A stretch of DNA of 64,000 nt from Hemiscyllium ocellatum. Taxonomy: Eukaryota. Below, piece by piece: positions 38,620-52,044 of this stretch (its first letter is position 1; each line of letters opens with the position of its first letter). The notes under the pieces were generated by a model. The model made no database searches. It was given only the letters and a program-made list of their open reading frames with translations, and was not told where the DNA came from. Position numbers and translations under genes: made by a program. The stretch is taken from NCBI RefSeq assembly GCF_020745735.1, contig NC_083408.1, positions 8,073,131-8,137,130 of the forward strand, given 5' to 3'.

Positions 38620-39900
38620 TACTCAAGTGCCAAAAATCGTTATTTGTATTCAGTACCTTGATTTCCACAGCTTTATGTTGATGGGAATTCCCCAGGTTTA
38701 CCAGTCTCTGACTGACGCCTTTTGTTCTCATCTCAATGCAGTGCACCGTGCCTCTATTTCATATAGTGGCCCTTGTTTTAGAGGACCCAGCCAGGGGAAT
38801 TATCATCACTGATCCAACCTGTCTCACTCTGTCAGAGTTTCATACAGTTTAACCACATTTTCCTCAACCACATTTAAAATAGCCTCAATCATCGCAAATC
38901 GCGCAACCAGAGATCATTCTGGTCAAACTTCGCTTCTCTCCCTCAATGTCAGGTTTGTCATTTATTAGGTAAGGAACCCAAACCTGCATACAGTACTTCA
39001 CAATATTCGGGATTGGGTCTCATCAAGACACTGTAGAGCTACAGTAAGACACCCTTACTCCTGTATTCAAATCCCTTTAAAAAGACGGCCAACACACCAC
39101 ATTTATCTTCATAACTGTTTTCTGTTCCAGTCGTATTGATTTCAGTGATTGCTGTGCAAGGAGATCCAAATCATTTTCAATGCTTTAGCTACCCACTTGG
39201 TTGGTCTATTTGGATTGGTATGTGTGCCCATGCCATTTCTAGTATTGGATTCTTGCTTCAGAATTCACCAAGTTGTGTGGACCTCTGAGGTCTGCGCAGA
39301 AGAATTCAAAAAAGAAGCATTAGTCCCTTTGCACATCAACATGTTAGGATTTTATTTTATTGTTCACACCAACCCACACGACGTCAGATCTACCACAGTT
39401 GCCCTCCGCCTGCCATGTATTTGCCAATTCACTTCCACTTCGTTCCTACGAAGATTTCCATGCGAGACCCCAACATCTTTTGGGTGGAAAACAATCCTCA
39501 AATCTGTTCTGAATCACGAACACCTCACTTTAAAAGTGTGTACACCTCTTCTAGATCATTTTGCTAAAAGGACAAGCTGCTGTCTACCGCTCTCTCCATG
39601 CCCCTCACAATCTTATCCATCTGAAGCTCCTTCCCCTCAGCCTTCTCTGCTCCAAAGAAAATATCCTGAGTTTATCCAACCTGTCTATATCGCTGATATG
39701 CTCAATCCAAGGGAGCATCCTGTTCAATCTCCACTACATCTCTCCAGTGCAATAGCACCTTTTCTGTAATTAGACGATTGGCGCTGCACACAGTATTCCA
39801 TCTGTGGCCTATTCAAAATCCTGTCTCGCTTTAAAGTCTATGGTTCATTGAATAGAGGCAATCTCGACAGTCCACTCTGCCTTCTCAACTAGCCCATTAC
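38620..39900 (-). mobile_element. Two or more decayed CR1 LINE 3' fragments
   Basis: Reverse-complement CR1 ORF2 3' motifs (e.g. CTGCACACAGTATTCCATCTGTGGCCT = RPQMEYCVQ; QRLVNLGNS in ORF 38555-38746). Confidence 0.65.
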
Positions 39901-39914
39901 ACTGTCGAGTCACA

Positions 39915-40752
39915 TTCATGGATATTTTTATGAATGACTTGGAAGAGGGCATCGACAGGTGGATCAGGAAATTTGCAGATGATAGTAAGATTGTGGAGTT
40001 GTGGATAGTGAGGAGGGCTGTTGTCAGCTGCAAAGGGACTTAGATATGATGCAGAGCTGGGCTGACGAGTTGGCTCTTAGTAAGGGAGAAGAGCAGAGGG
40101 ATCTTGGAGTCTATGTTCATAGCTCTTTGAAAGTTCCCACTCAGATTGATAGAGCTTGTAAGAAGGCCTATGAAGTATTAGCGTTCATTAGCAGAGGGAT
40201 TGAATTCAAGAGTCGAGAGGTGATGTTGTAGCTGTACAGGACCTTGGTAAGGCCACATTTGGAGTACTGTGTGCAGTTCCGGTCGCCTCAATTAGGTAAC
40301 ATGTGGAAGCTTTTGAGAGGGTGCAGACGAGATTTAGCAGGATGTTGCCTGGAATTGAGAATAGGTCGGACGAGGATAGATTGAGAGTGCTAGGCCTTTT
40401 CTCATTGGAACGGCGAAGGATGAAGGGTGAATTGATAGAGGTTTATAAGATAATCATGGGAATAGATAGAATAGACAGTCAGAGACTTTTTCCCCCGCGT
40501 ACAAAGCGTGTTACAAGGGGACATAAAGTTAAGGTGATCGGTGGAAGGTATAGAGGGGATGTCAGTGGTAGGGGGCATGGAATGCGCTGCCTGTGGGAGT
40601 GGCAGAGTCAAAATCATTGGTGACCTTTAAGCGGAAACCTGATAGGTACATGGATAGGTGCCTAATCTAGGAGAAATGTTCGGCACACCATCGTGGATCG
40701 AAGGGCCTGTTCTGTGCTGTATTGATCTATGTTCTATGTTCTGTGTTCTATT
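39915..40752 (+). mobile_element. CR1/HER1-type LINE, 3' portion with terminal repeat tail
   Basis: KFADDSKI, QRDLGVYVHSSLKV, RPHLEYCVQF, LGLFSLERRRMKGELIEVYKI; 3' end CGAAGGGCCTGTTCTGTGCTGTA followed by (TATGTTC)n. Confidence 0.92.
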
Positions 40753-42300
40753 CAGGGATGTGTAAAATAACAATCTTTGAGTTTCCTGGTGTGCTGCCAT
40801 TCATTGAGTACTCCCTTGTCTGGTTCCTTCTACCAAGTACATGACATCATATATATGACCGTTACGTTCCATCAGCTAATGATCTGCCTATCTCTCTATT
40901 CCATCTCTATCGTCCTGTAACATTAAAAAAAACCTTCTCCTCACTGGCAAAGATGCACTTTCTTGTCATACCCCCACACGTCCTTCCACACTCACATTGA
41001 GTCATAAAGTCATAGAGATGCACATCACGGAAACAGACCCGTCGGCCCAACTCGTCCATGCCGACCAGATATCCCAACTCAGTCTCGTCCGACCTGCTAG
41101 CACCTTTCCCAAAAACCTCCAAACCATTTAGATTCATATACACATCCAGATGCCTTTTAATTGTTGCAATTGATAGAATCTATAAAAATGTAGAGTACGG
41201 AAATAGACCCTTTGGTCCAACTTATCCCTTCCGACCAAATACCACAATCCAATCTACCTACATTAATTATGAATGCCACAATACACCAGGCCACCCTATT
41301 ATCCTGTCACAGAAACAGGCTTCCACCACAGCTCTTTGTCGATTGCCACTCAAGCAATTTTGAAAGTAAATCGATAAGATACATTTGATACCATGAAATT
41401 TTACTTTCAGTTTCCCATGTCGGGCTTTGTCAAAAGCCTGCTGAGATACCATACAAATGAACTCCGTGATGAATTTCAATACAATTCATTAGGCATGGCT
41501 TCACTCTAAGAAAGCCATGCTGACTATCCCTTAACAAACATTGACTGTCGAAATGGAGATCAATTTTATCTTTCCTCATTTCCTCCAATAGTTACCTTAA
41601 CAAAGAACTGACACTTAAAGATGTTCCATCGTTTTTTGTGTAAAGTGCAACCGCATCGCACCTTTTCCATCTTTCCTGTGGTTATATTCTGCACAAATGT
41701 TTTGTCAGGGCCTGCACAAATGTGTTGTCTCCAACAACAGCCTGGGATAACAGGTATTAAGCTATTTGCCCAATTTTATACCAGCTAAAACCATCAATCC
41801 CTAATTCATTCTTAATCAATCGGCTGAAGAGTTTCCCACTCAATCTTCTCGAATTCTGCACCTGCCTTCTCCATTTCCCAAGTAAAACAGGTGTGAATCT
41901 CGCATATAACAATCTACCAGTGTTCTCGCGCTTCACATACTGATTGTCCCCTTGGTTTCTAATTTGATTGATCGCTGATAATATTATTCTAATTGATATC
42001 CTTTTGGAATATTCTGAGATTCTCCCTGTTCTCATTGCCCCATGTCCATGTGTTAGTTAGTCCCCTCTGTGTGAATTTTCTCAGTTTTGTTTCGGATAAT
42101 TTTCATTCGTTGAAATTCCAGGGAACACAAAACAATTTCTCTCATCAGACAATCTGGCAATATGAGGGATTAATCTGGAGAATGTACATTGAATATATGT
42201 GGTCAGTATATTCTTCATTAGGTCAGATCACCAAAACTGTCCACTATACTCCAAGTACCATCTTACTAACATTGGTGATTGTGGTGAAGGACAGATTGAC
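40753..42300 (-). mobile_element. Nested minus-strand CR1 fragments, including 3' ends at about 41000-41170 and 41175-41270
   Basis: GAGTCATAAAGTCATAGAGATG...GAAACAGACCCGTCGGCCCAAC is a reversed CR1 tail. ORF 41267-41479 reads QQAFDKARHGKL...QRAVVEACF. Confidence 0.75.
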
Positions 42301-42610
42301 TTTTCGAAGAAGTAGATTATTGCAGTACAACCCATGCTGGAAATCTGACAACATCCACTGAGAGAGAGAGCAAGCTAACGCTTCTAATCTGGATGATTTT
42401 CGCCATCTACATTCCGATTCCCTTTAAAGAGGAAACACCTGCCTTTTATCTTCCTATTTGCACATGTTCCTCCCAATACATATTGCATTTTTTCCAAATA
42501 CCTTACTGTCTGAATTCTTAAGAAAAAGAGCTACTGTTTGTCCAACTGTTTTCCATTCATTTGTTCTCCATTGTTTATGCCGACTAGAGATATCTTCAAG
42601 CAATACGTTT

Positions 42611-42990
42611 GTTACGAGTTTTGGGAACATTTGTAACTCAGGTTGAGCTTTAGAATGTGGATTTGCTCGTTGAGTCGAAAGGCATAATCCAAAGAAAGAC
42701 ATGCACGAAAATTCCCAGAAGCATGACATTCCAACCAGAACTCTACTCACAAACACATCGAGTTAGACCTCATATGCCACCCCTGAGACAAGGAACAGGA
42801 TGTGACTTCACCACAGGACATAACATCAACAAAGGAAATGACGTCACCAAACCAAGATACCCGAACATGTAAATAGAAAGCAGTACGTTTCAACATTTCT
42901 TCACGTGAGGTCTACTGAAGATGTTACCTGGTATGGTAATTAAACCTTTGGAAATGTATCTTTCAGCTCAGCGAGCAAACCTATATCCGA
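42611..42990 (+). mobile_element. Short Penelope fragment (GIY-YIG C-terminus and 3' repeat) with inverted terminal piece
   Basis: RHARKFPEA*HSNQNSTHKHIELDLI resembles 59100-59180. Degenerate hammerhead CTGAAGATGTTACCTGGTATGGTAATTAAAC (about 42914-42945). 42611-42670 is a reversed 3' terminus related to 61525-61592. Confidence 0.72.
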
Positions 42991-44704
42991 TAAGGTTGTA
43001 AATTATAACATCCGTTTCATAAATGCAGAATCATTCTATTGAAGTATCTTTTATTACTTTCTTGATGAAAAATATCATATTCGTTATAATAGATTTCAAC
43101 GTTTTCCCTGATTTGGATGACGAGTTAGCTGGTCTGTTGTTCTCCATTCTCCCTCTTCTTCCTAGTTTGCATCGTTGGAATACATTTTTAAAGCTCCAAA
43201 TTGATTATGGACAAATACAATGCTCCTCAGTTCAATTAATATTTGCATTGCTGCTTTCTCTGAAATCTCAGTTTGAAGTATATCTGGTCTGTCAGAATAA
43301 TCAATCCTCAACTCGGTTCATGTTTTCAAACACTAGCTCGTCACTAATATGAATAGCTTTATTCTTTAGTAACACCAATCCCTTCGTCACTTTACATTTC
43401 TGGGGGATGTTCTGTACCTTGCTCCATGAAGGCAGTTAGAATGTAACTGATTAGTTCCATTTCATTTCTCTGCTCTCAACAATAATTTAGGCTTTCCACA
43501 CATTCATTGATCTACATTTGACCTTGCTTTCATTTTTCTTTCAAATATTAATAAAATGTCTTCCTCAGTCTTTATGTTTCTTGTTAGTTTGCATTCTTGA
43601 TCTCACTTTAATTTCCTTACCAGTTTCTTAGCCCTCCTTTGGTCCAATGAATCCACAATATTTTGTATTTTCTCTGAGCCATATTCCTTGATCTAATACA
43701 ATTTCTATCTTCTTTTAACCATGGTGGAGCCAACTTAACCTTTTGCTGTGTGCACAATCGAGGATGTACGTATAATCTACATCTTCAAATATTGCCTGTC
43801 TTCCTTTAAATCATGTCCACGTACTTTCCAAATTCATTGAAATCACCTTGCTCTTCATACTTTCAATGCTTCCATGACTCTGATATATACTAAACATGAA
43901 GGAAAATACTGATTTATTAATGGCATCATGTAAAAATCAATAAATTAAGATCAGTACTCACAAAAGCTCATTTATCACAAGGTTTTCAATGCCATCTTCA
44001 GATCAGACAACACCAGTTCAAAAAGTGCCTGATCTGTAGCTCGTTGCTCACGTATGGTTAAAGGAAATCAGCTCATACACACTCGTGAAATAATTTTCCC
44101 AGCATTAATCTTCATTGGTGTCATCACAGTTTGCATGCAATTTCAATTTCTCCATCATTACTGCCGTACTCACAATCTTTACTTTCTAATTTCCTGTTTT
44201 GTAACATCCCCAACATTTGAAGAAGCTTTGTGTTTGAAATTTCACTCCCAACAATGTTTGCTTCTCCTTGTTGTTTCTCAACTCCCCCTTAACAGGTTCT
44301 CTGGAATCTGAGCAAGTGGGCTCGGAGGAGATTAAGGCTAGAATCAGCTGAGATGCTTGGCGAGGCATATCTCAAAGTTAATTTTATCTCGCCCCAACTT
44401 ACCCGTTTTTCTCCAGTATCGTTAAAACATTTTCAAATGATCTCCCATTGTGCTCACAGATAGAGAAGGACAATGATATTTCAACAATGAAGTGCATTCC
44501 CCCAGACAGCTGAGACTTTTGTAACCAGGGTTCGAATCTTAAAGCAGCTGGTAATGTGTTGCTGTTGCTATACAGGACCTTTGTGAAATCACATCTGGAC
44601 TAATGCGTTTAAATATAATCTCTGCCCGTGAAGACAGGATTTTCGAACTAACTTGGTGTTAGTTCCTTCAACTGATTTATGCAACGAAGGTGTTACTCAT
44701 GGTT

Positions 44705-45042
44705 ACTCTACAGTGTGGAAGTAGGCCATTTGACCCATGAACATCACACTGATCAGTCAAAGATCATCAAAAGCTTACCCAAACCCGATCCAATCGCTGT
44801 AACCCTGAATTTTTCACGATTACTGCATTAACCTGAACATCACCGTACATTATGGCTAATTTAGCATAGCTAATCAAATTATCCTGCAAATTTTGAGACT
44901 TTTGGCAGAAACTGGATACCCGATAGACATCCATGCCCACTAGAGGAGAATGTGCAAATTCCACACAGACAGTCACTTGAGGCGAGAATTGAACCCTAAT
45001 CGCTGGTACTGTGAGGCAGCAGTGCTTACCATTGAGCTAACC
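44705..45042 (-). mobile_element. HE1-type SINE
   Basis: Reverse complement shows the tRNA head (GCTCAATGGTAAGCACTGCTGCCTCACAG...GGGTTCAATTC), TGTCTGTGTGGAATTTGCACATTCTCC core and CR1-like tail. Confidence 0.88.
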
Positions 45043-46184
45043 AGTGTAAGTACGGAAGCTCCCCTTCCGAATGAAGCAGCAGCACCACCTTGTTTCTGCC
45101 CACGGACCTTTCACATAGGAGGTGAAATGTGATAACTACAATACTGCAGAAACACAGTGTGACCGCTGACTCTCTGAACATCCTGTGCTGTCCCTAATCA
45201 TAGATCACTTCGCAAGAAACAGATCACATTTTGACGTGTTCAATTCAGACAGAAGTCACTCAGACCAAAATTCAGGATAACACCTATCAGCGCAACTGGC
45301 AGTCGTGGAATTCAAATCCACACATCAATTCATACTGAAGCTTAGATCCAGCACCGTTGCAGGCTCAGCCACCTGCCACACTGAACTAAACACATGAGCA
45401 GGATTTGAATCCAGCTCTCGAGGACATCACTGCATCACTAGCTGCGAAGGGAAATGATAATACCAGAGCGGCATTATCTTAACTGAATTCAACATTCTCT
45501 GAAAGGAGGCTAACTCAGGCAACAGGATTGTAGGCAATGTTTCCTTTGAACACGAGACTCAAGTTCAACCAATCACGTTTTGCCTCCTTCCGCAGCACCA
45601 GATTGGATCAATAACCCAATGGAAGAGCTACACGCCATTTCAGAGAAATTTAAACAAGGAATGGTTAACGTGAGGTTTAGGAACTTGTCGGGTTTGAGCC
45701 GCAGATCGATATGCATACAAAGCAGGCATTTTACCCCCAACTAAACAAGACCGTCACATTAACTTATGGGGGAAGGATGAGCAGGTTGATTCAATGCATA
45801 TTAAAGTTTACAGGAATGGCAGACGACCTTGTTATGAGGCTCAATTTGTTTTCTTTGCCCCTTTGCAGCAGACGAGGAAGAGGCTGTTTATTTTCTGAAT
45901 CCTGATACACAGATTCAGGAAGAGGCCATTCAACCCCTACACACTACAACAAAGGACTCACAAAAGACCATGGCGTATTCTGTTGCACAATATCTTCATG
46001 AGGCCAGTCAACCTTCACAATGCTGCAATGTCAGAAGTGGAAGAGGCCAAAAATGACTGGAAATTGTCACACTAGGATAATACCATTCAGCCCATTGAGT
46101 CTGTTGCTCAAGAACGGAAGGGTACAAAACCGTTTGAATGCTTTATTAGATCATAAGGTGGTAATTCCGTTTCGTCTCTGTTCT

Positions 46185-46885
46185 ATGGGAACAGCAGAAC
46201 ATGGAATACAGAACATTACAGCGCAGTACAGGTCGTTCAGCTCTTGATGTTCCGCCGACCTGTTGAACCAATCTGGAGCCTACCTTTCCTACACTGTTAC
46301 ATTTTCGTGCATATATTTGACGATTTTGGTGTCCTGAAAGTTGCCGAATCTGCTATTGTTGCTTGCCGTTTATTCCACGCCCCTACTAACCTCTGAGTAA
46401 AGAAACTACCTCTGACATCTGCCCTATACCTGTCACACTTCAAAGTAAGGTTATGTTTCCTCGTGCTAACCACCACCATCCGAGAAAAATGGCATTCAAT
46501 ATCCAACCTATGCAACACTCTGGTTACCTTATAGGTGTCAATTAAGTCACCTCTCAATCTTTTTCTCTCCAACGAAAACATCCTCAAGTTCTTCAGACTT
46601 TTCCCTTAAGTTCTTCCCTACACTCCAGGCAAAATCCTCGAAAATCTCCGCTGAACACTTTCCAAGTATTCATCCTTCATCTCATGCATTGACCAGAATT
46701 GTACACAAAATTGCAAGTGCGGCCACACTGGAGTTTTGTACAGCTGCAGCATGACTTTATTGCTCCGAATTTCAATCCCTCAACGACCAAAAGCTAACTC
46801 TACGTTTGCCTGCTTAACGACCTTACCAACCTGCGTGCCAGCTCTCAGCGGTCTCCATACATGGACAGAGAGATCTCTCTGCATG
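46185..46885 (-). mobile_element. CR1 LINE 3' portion
   Basis: ORF 46297-46587 reads MFSLERKRLRGDLIDTYKV...FFTQRLVGAWN. Reversed tail at 46190-46260. Confidence 0.9.
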
Positions 46886-48718
46886 TTCCAGATGAGGGTT
46901 CGTGGCGATAGAAAAGAAATACTTACTTGGAAAGAGCATTCACAAACCAATAATAGCCAGGATGTGGAGGTACCGGTAATGAACAGCAGTGGTCAAGATG
47001 AAAAATCACACAAACCAGATTACATTCAAGCACACTTATTTGAAAACACCAGCTTTCAGAGCACAGCTATTTTTCCAAGTGTTAAAGAGAGGAAGGAAGA
47101 ACGTTAACACAGAACTTATAAAGAAACCTTCAGAGGATCGTACAAATTATGTGCATGAATTGTCCGCAAGTAAGCTGGCTTTTAAATCTTGAATCAGTTA
47201 GAATGGAGTGGCAGATTTTGAGTGATTAGTATGGAAATCCGACAGAGTCTTACAAGCCACTCTGGGAGATAAATGAAAAGGAGATGAACCTCTGGTCAGA
47301 CAATGTATTTTAAGCGTGAGACCTTGCTTGGAGTCTCTATGCGTCTTTGCCTCGAGCCGAAAACCAAGGCCACGAAAAGATATGTAAGGAGATTGACATG
47401 TAAGATAGAAACAGATAATGAAACAACTGGGAACGTAGTGTGGAAACTTGGGCGAAAAGAAAAGGCAGGGAGTGGGAAGAATTTAGGAGTTAGACTTGAT
47501 GGGTCCAACCACAAGAATGAAAACATAAAAAAAAACATTGCTATATGCATTGAAATCGTTTGATTATACAATTCTGGTCCTCCCCCACAGAATCAGCCCA
47601 GACACCATAAACTGGGACACGATAACTGCCCATCATGAAGAGCTTTGCAGACTATGCTGGTATATTGTCCAGTGAACTGGACTACCTGCCCTGCATGGAA
47701 AGTACTGCTAAGCTTTGCCAGTACATTGTTGCTTCACTTGCCTTGGATTTCTGCTGAGCATGCGAAAATATGTATCTCATACTACAAGTGACAGTATATG
47801 GGACTCCCACAAATTTATGGCTCTGTAACTCCATCCATCAGTTCAAGGCATAAGATTTTATGTCTGCGTATGTGTGTGGATCTGGGAAAGTGATAGATGT
47901 GAATATAATTGTCTGACAGAGAATATACATGGAAAAAAATCAGGTTACGTGCGAACAATGGCAGGAATTGGGAGAATGGATACAGAAAGATAGAGGAATA
48001 GACGATGGACAGATGTGAGATGTGCTTGAGTATGTTATAATAAAGGCAACGCCAGGCACAATATCTATATAAGTCAATCCGCTCAGGAATAATACATGGC
48101 TGGTATTTTATGTGAGTATGGATTCCAGCCATGGGCTGTCGACTCAGAATTCCTTCTGCAAGTTTGAGACTGGGAAACAGATTATTTCCCAGTCATTAAG
48201 GCTGTACTGCGTAGCTCAAGTATTAAATAACAGATGAGATGAAACAGAGAAATTTGTTCAGAAGATGCCAGCTGAAAGTCAAAATGGTCGAGGTATGATG
48301 TCAGGAATCAGCTCATTGCCAAAGGGATCACCAAACTTGTGATTCGTCTGTTTCAGATTCAGATATTGACCAGGGATGGGATTGAGTGAGACGCAGTAAA
48401 TTGAGTTTATAATCTGAAAATATGATAGTGACCTGTTAACACTGAGATAATAAGGGTAGTGCAACCATGAAACATGGTTTCCAGCTGAAAATGCGTAGGT
48501 CAACATAAAGATCTACGAGGGATTCTGCCAGAAGGAGAAAGTGGGAAAGTGAATAAAGAAGTTCCCTGATGCAGTTAGTAGTGGTCTCTGGATTTAATAT
48601 CTGGATTTAGGAACTCAGCAGGACCAATAACAGCTGTAAGAATTGTAGGGTCAATGGAAAGAACAGTATTACAGTGAAACACGGTTTATAGAATCAATGG
48701 CTAAGAAGTAGGACTTAC

Positions 48719-48857
48719 CAGGGACACCAGCAATAGCCAGGAATGGATAGTAAAAATATTGAATAATGTTAATTGCATATATGATCCGAAGTGACAATGA
48801 CCATCGATCATAAAATGTCGAAAAAAGCCAAATATCCCATTGTAATTTCCTGTCCAT
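48719..48857 (-). CDS. GPR139-like GPCR, coding exon 1 (N-terminus and first half of TM1)
   Basis: ATG at 48857; MDRKLQWDIWLFSTFYDRWSLSLRIIYAINIIQYFYYPFLAIAGVP ends at canonical donor CCTG|GTAAGT. The 139 nt give phase 1, matching exon 2 and producing YYPFLAIAGVP-VN-VVTI. Spliced CDS is 1053 nt = 350 aa + stop. Confidence 0.85.
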
Positions 48858-49424
48858 TCTTGGAGCTTTACAGTCGAAGGTGCTGAGATTCTGATCACTC
48901 CGTCTCTCTCACTGAAGCTGCTGATCCCTTTTAGCTCTGTCGTTGATGGTTCCACTCAGACTATGGGATAACATATCGAATGGAGCGACATTATCATTAT
49001 AGATGGAAACTTTCTACTGGGATAATGCAAATTCCATGGAGACTGACATCAATGCAAGTCACCGAACAAACAAGTTCAGTTAACCCGTTCCTTAGCACTT
49101 TTCATATCACAATAAAGGGGAATTTTTACTCGGTCTGGGTAGAATGGATGAGTGAGGCTTAGGGAAGGACGACAAAACTTTCAATCTTTTCAAAAATATT
49201 TCTTCTCAGTATGTGAGAATAGTGCCAGAACACTGCACAGTTGCATATGTTGCACCATGTTCGTACAGGTAGACAGGGATAATTTAACTGACCAACTGTC
49301 TAAGATGATGATGGGAAATTTCCAGAGACCATATCAGAGCTAAAATATTTCTTGCCCATTGACTTTGTGTAGTGCTCCTACTAGTTTAAATTCAAAATTG
49401 TGAAATTCTTTCGTGACATGAAGA

Positions 49425-49960
49425 CATCATTCAGAGCATCAAGACTGCTGCTCAGGAACAGGAGGAAGGACTTTTTGTCGCCACAATGCTTGAAACAGAG
49501 GAATATGTGGAAGCCATTTAGCCTCTCGAGTCTGTTATAGAGGGGCAGAAGGAAGCCTTTCAATCTCTCGACCCTGTGACAGAGAGAAAGGTGGAGGGCA
49601 TTAGTCTTATTGTGCATGTTCAATGGGAACGGATGAGGCCATTTATCCTGCTGAGCCTGTTACAGAATGACAGGAGGAGACAGTTTACCCTCTCAATCCT
49701 GCTGCAGAGGAACAGAAGGAAAACATTCAGCTTTCTATCCTGTTACAGATGGACAGAGGGACCACTCGGTTTTTGGATCCATTTACAGAGGGACATGATG
49801 AGACCATTCAGCCCCATCATGCTTGTTACAGAGGGACAGGAGGGGATCATTCAGCCCCATGGTGCCAGTTACAGATTGATAGGAGGACACTATTCAGCCG
49901 TATCATGCCTGTTACACGGAGACAAAGGAACGTCATTATGCTTCTTGAGACTGATGCAGT
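49425..49960 (+). repeat. About 42-bp minisatellite (about 12 copies) derived from a reversed CR1/SINE 3' tail, upstream of GPCR exon 1
   Basis: GCCATT-like anchors at 49513, 49555, 49597, 49638, 49680, 49722, 49761, 49803, 49846, 49889, 49932. Unit about GGAGGCCATTCAGCCCCTCGAGCCTGTTACAGAGGGACAGGA. Confidence 0.82.
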
Positions 49961-50084
49961 GACTATTAGTTTTAATATAATCATGGAGAAGAATATTCCT
50001 CATGTATAGCCTAAAGTTCTAAATTGAATAAGGCCAATTTTGAACATTTGAGGCAACCACTTTGAAAAGGTATTTGGTAGAAGC

Positions 50085-50650
50085 TGGTTGACAGCTAGGA
50101 GGTTGGAAGAACACAGCAAGCGAGGCACTGTCGGGAAGCTGGAATATCGCAGCAAGCCAGACAACTTCAAAAGTTGGAGAAGTCGATATTTTGGGTCTAA
50201 CCCCTTTATTGAACTCGAGGTGAGTGTAGGGGAAGGCAGAGGCAAGGTGGTGATATGGTGATAGGTGGAGACAAGGAGAGGGCACGACCTGTTTGGTCAA
50301 TGGGAGGATTGAATCCGGTTGGTTACAGGATGCAGCGGAAAGGAGAGCGACGGGCTGAGTTCTGAGGAGGCAGACAACATCTTCAAAGTGCGCATCCTTT
50401 TCAGAAACTTTGCAGTGGGATGAACTCGGTTAGGAAGAAAATAAAGTGTCTCTCTTGGCCTCTCCCAACTACACCACATTGCTAATTTATCTCCTTTACC
50501 TGCAGCTCCCCCCGACCCGCCGCCTTCCCACAGTCCTGAAAAAGGATCAAACCCGAAATTTTGACTTGTCCAACACATGAAACTGTCACGCTTGCTGTGT
50601 TCTTCCAGCCTCTTGCCTGTCTATTTTGGATTCCATCATCTGCAGTTTAT
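50085..50650. mobile_element. Decayed Penelope-derived inverted-repeat element
   Basis: GGTTGGAAGAACACAGCAAGCG (about 50100) versus CGCTTGCTGTGTTCTTCCAGCC (about 50590). Degenerate hammerhead CCTGAAAAAGGATCAAACCCGAAATT. Confidence 0.65.
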
Positions 50651-50654
50651 CATG

Positions 50655-52025
50655 TCTCTGGGCGAAGCCAGTGGCAGAAAGTGGGGCACCTTCACAAATG
50701 ATATTTCAGTGTCTAGAGGCAGCATGTTCCTGTTCATGAGGAGGTCAGGGCTGATGGGCGTGAGGAATGCTGGTTGCCGAGCCAAACTGCGGTTCTGCTC
50801 AAGAAAAGTAAGGAGTAGCTATAGAAAGCAGGAATCAACTGAATCAAGGGCAATGGATTAATATTCAAGAGAGAAATCAGGATAGCAAAATGCAGGCATT
50901 CCTAATCTTCAGCAAACAGGGTAAGGGAGAATTCAGTGTGGTTCTGAAAACATATGAACGTCAAAAGAGTAACTATGGAGAGAATAGAGTTTTGAAGATC
51001 AGCAAGGCCACCTATTTGTGGAAATACAGGACGTGGGTGAGATGCTAAGTGAATATTTCACACCTGTATTTAATACAAAGAAGGATCTGGGAAGTACTGA
51101 ACTTCTGGAAATAAACAACGATGTCTTGAAAGGTGTCCATATTATAGAAGGGAAGAAACTGGAAGTCTTAAAATTCATAAAGGTAGATAATTCTCTGTGA
51201 AGTGATCACGTGTACCTGGAATGCTGTGAGGAGCTGGGGAAAGTGACTGTTAGATACATTGATGAGGTATTTACAACACGCATTGTCCAGGTCAATTGCT
51301 GGAAGACAGAAGAGTGGCGAATGATGTGCCTTCAGATAAGAAAGGTGGGAAGCAAAAGTTAGTAAATTATAAAAAGGTTAATCCCGACGCCAGTCATTAG
51401 TAATTTGTTGTGGGGGAAGGTTTCTCAAGGAGAGGATATACTGTATTTGGATAAGCAAGGACTGATTAGAGATCGTCAACCTTGCTTTGAACATGGGAAA
51501 TCATTTCTCACCAACGTGATTGCTTGTTTTGAAGAAGTGATGAAGAAAATTGATGGAGGTACAGCAGTAGAGAGTGACGACATGACTTCAGTAAGGCACT
51601 CGAACAGGTTCCTTATAGTTAACAGGTTAGCAAGGTTAGATCATCTGTCTTCCAGCGAGATCTGGGCGGGTGGGGCAGTAATTGGCTCTCAGGAAAAAGA
51701 CGGTGTTAATGGTGGAGGTATGTATTTTTATTGCAGGCCTTTTCCCAATAGTGTGCACAAGGATCCAGTTGACTTTGCCGGTTATATAAATCATTTCAAT
51801 GTGAATATGGTTCGAATTGCTGGAGAGTTTGCAGATAAAACCAAATTGTTGGCATAGTGGTCAGTGAAACAGGTTAATGCAGAGTAGAGCGGGACTGTGA
51901 TCAAATAGGCTGAAGGGCCAAGGAGTGACAGATGGATTTTGTTTTAGTCAAACGGGAAGTGTAGCGTTTTTGTAAGTCAAATCAGGGCAGCACGTTTTGG
52001 TAGAATCCAGGGAAGTGGTGCCAAA
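50655..52025 (+). mobile_element. Old CR1 LINE ORF2 fragment
   Basis: EMLSEYFTPVF (51018-51200); KQGLIRDRQPCFEHGKSFLTN...FADKTKL (51405-51857). Confidence 0.85.
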
Positions 52026-52044
52026 GACAGTCCCGTCAATAGAA

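Noticed and set aside
48701-48955. 84-aa ORF overlapping exon 1
   Set aside because: GTG start, wrong frame for the splice, no receptor similarity.
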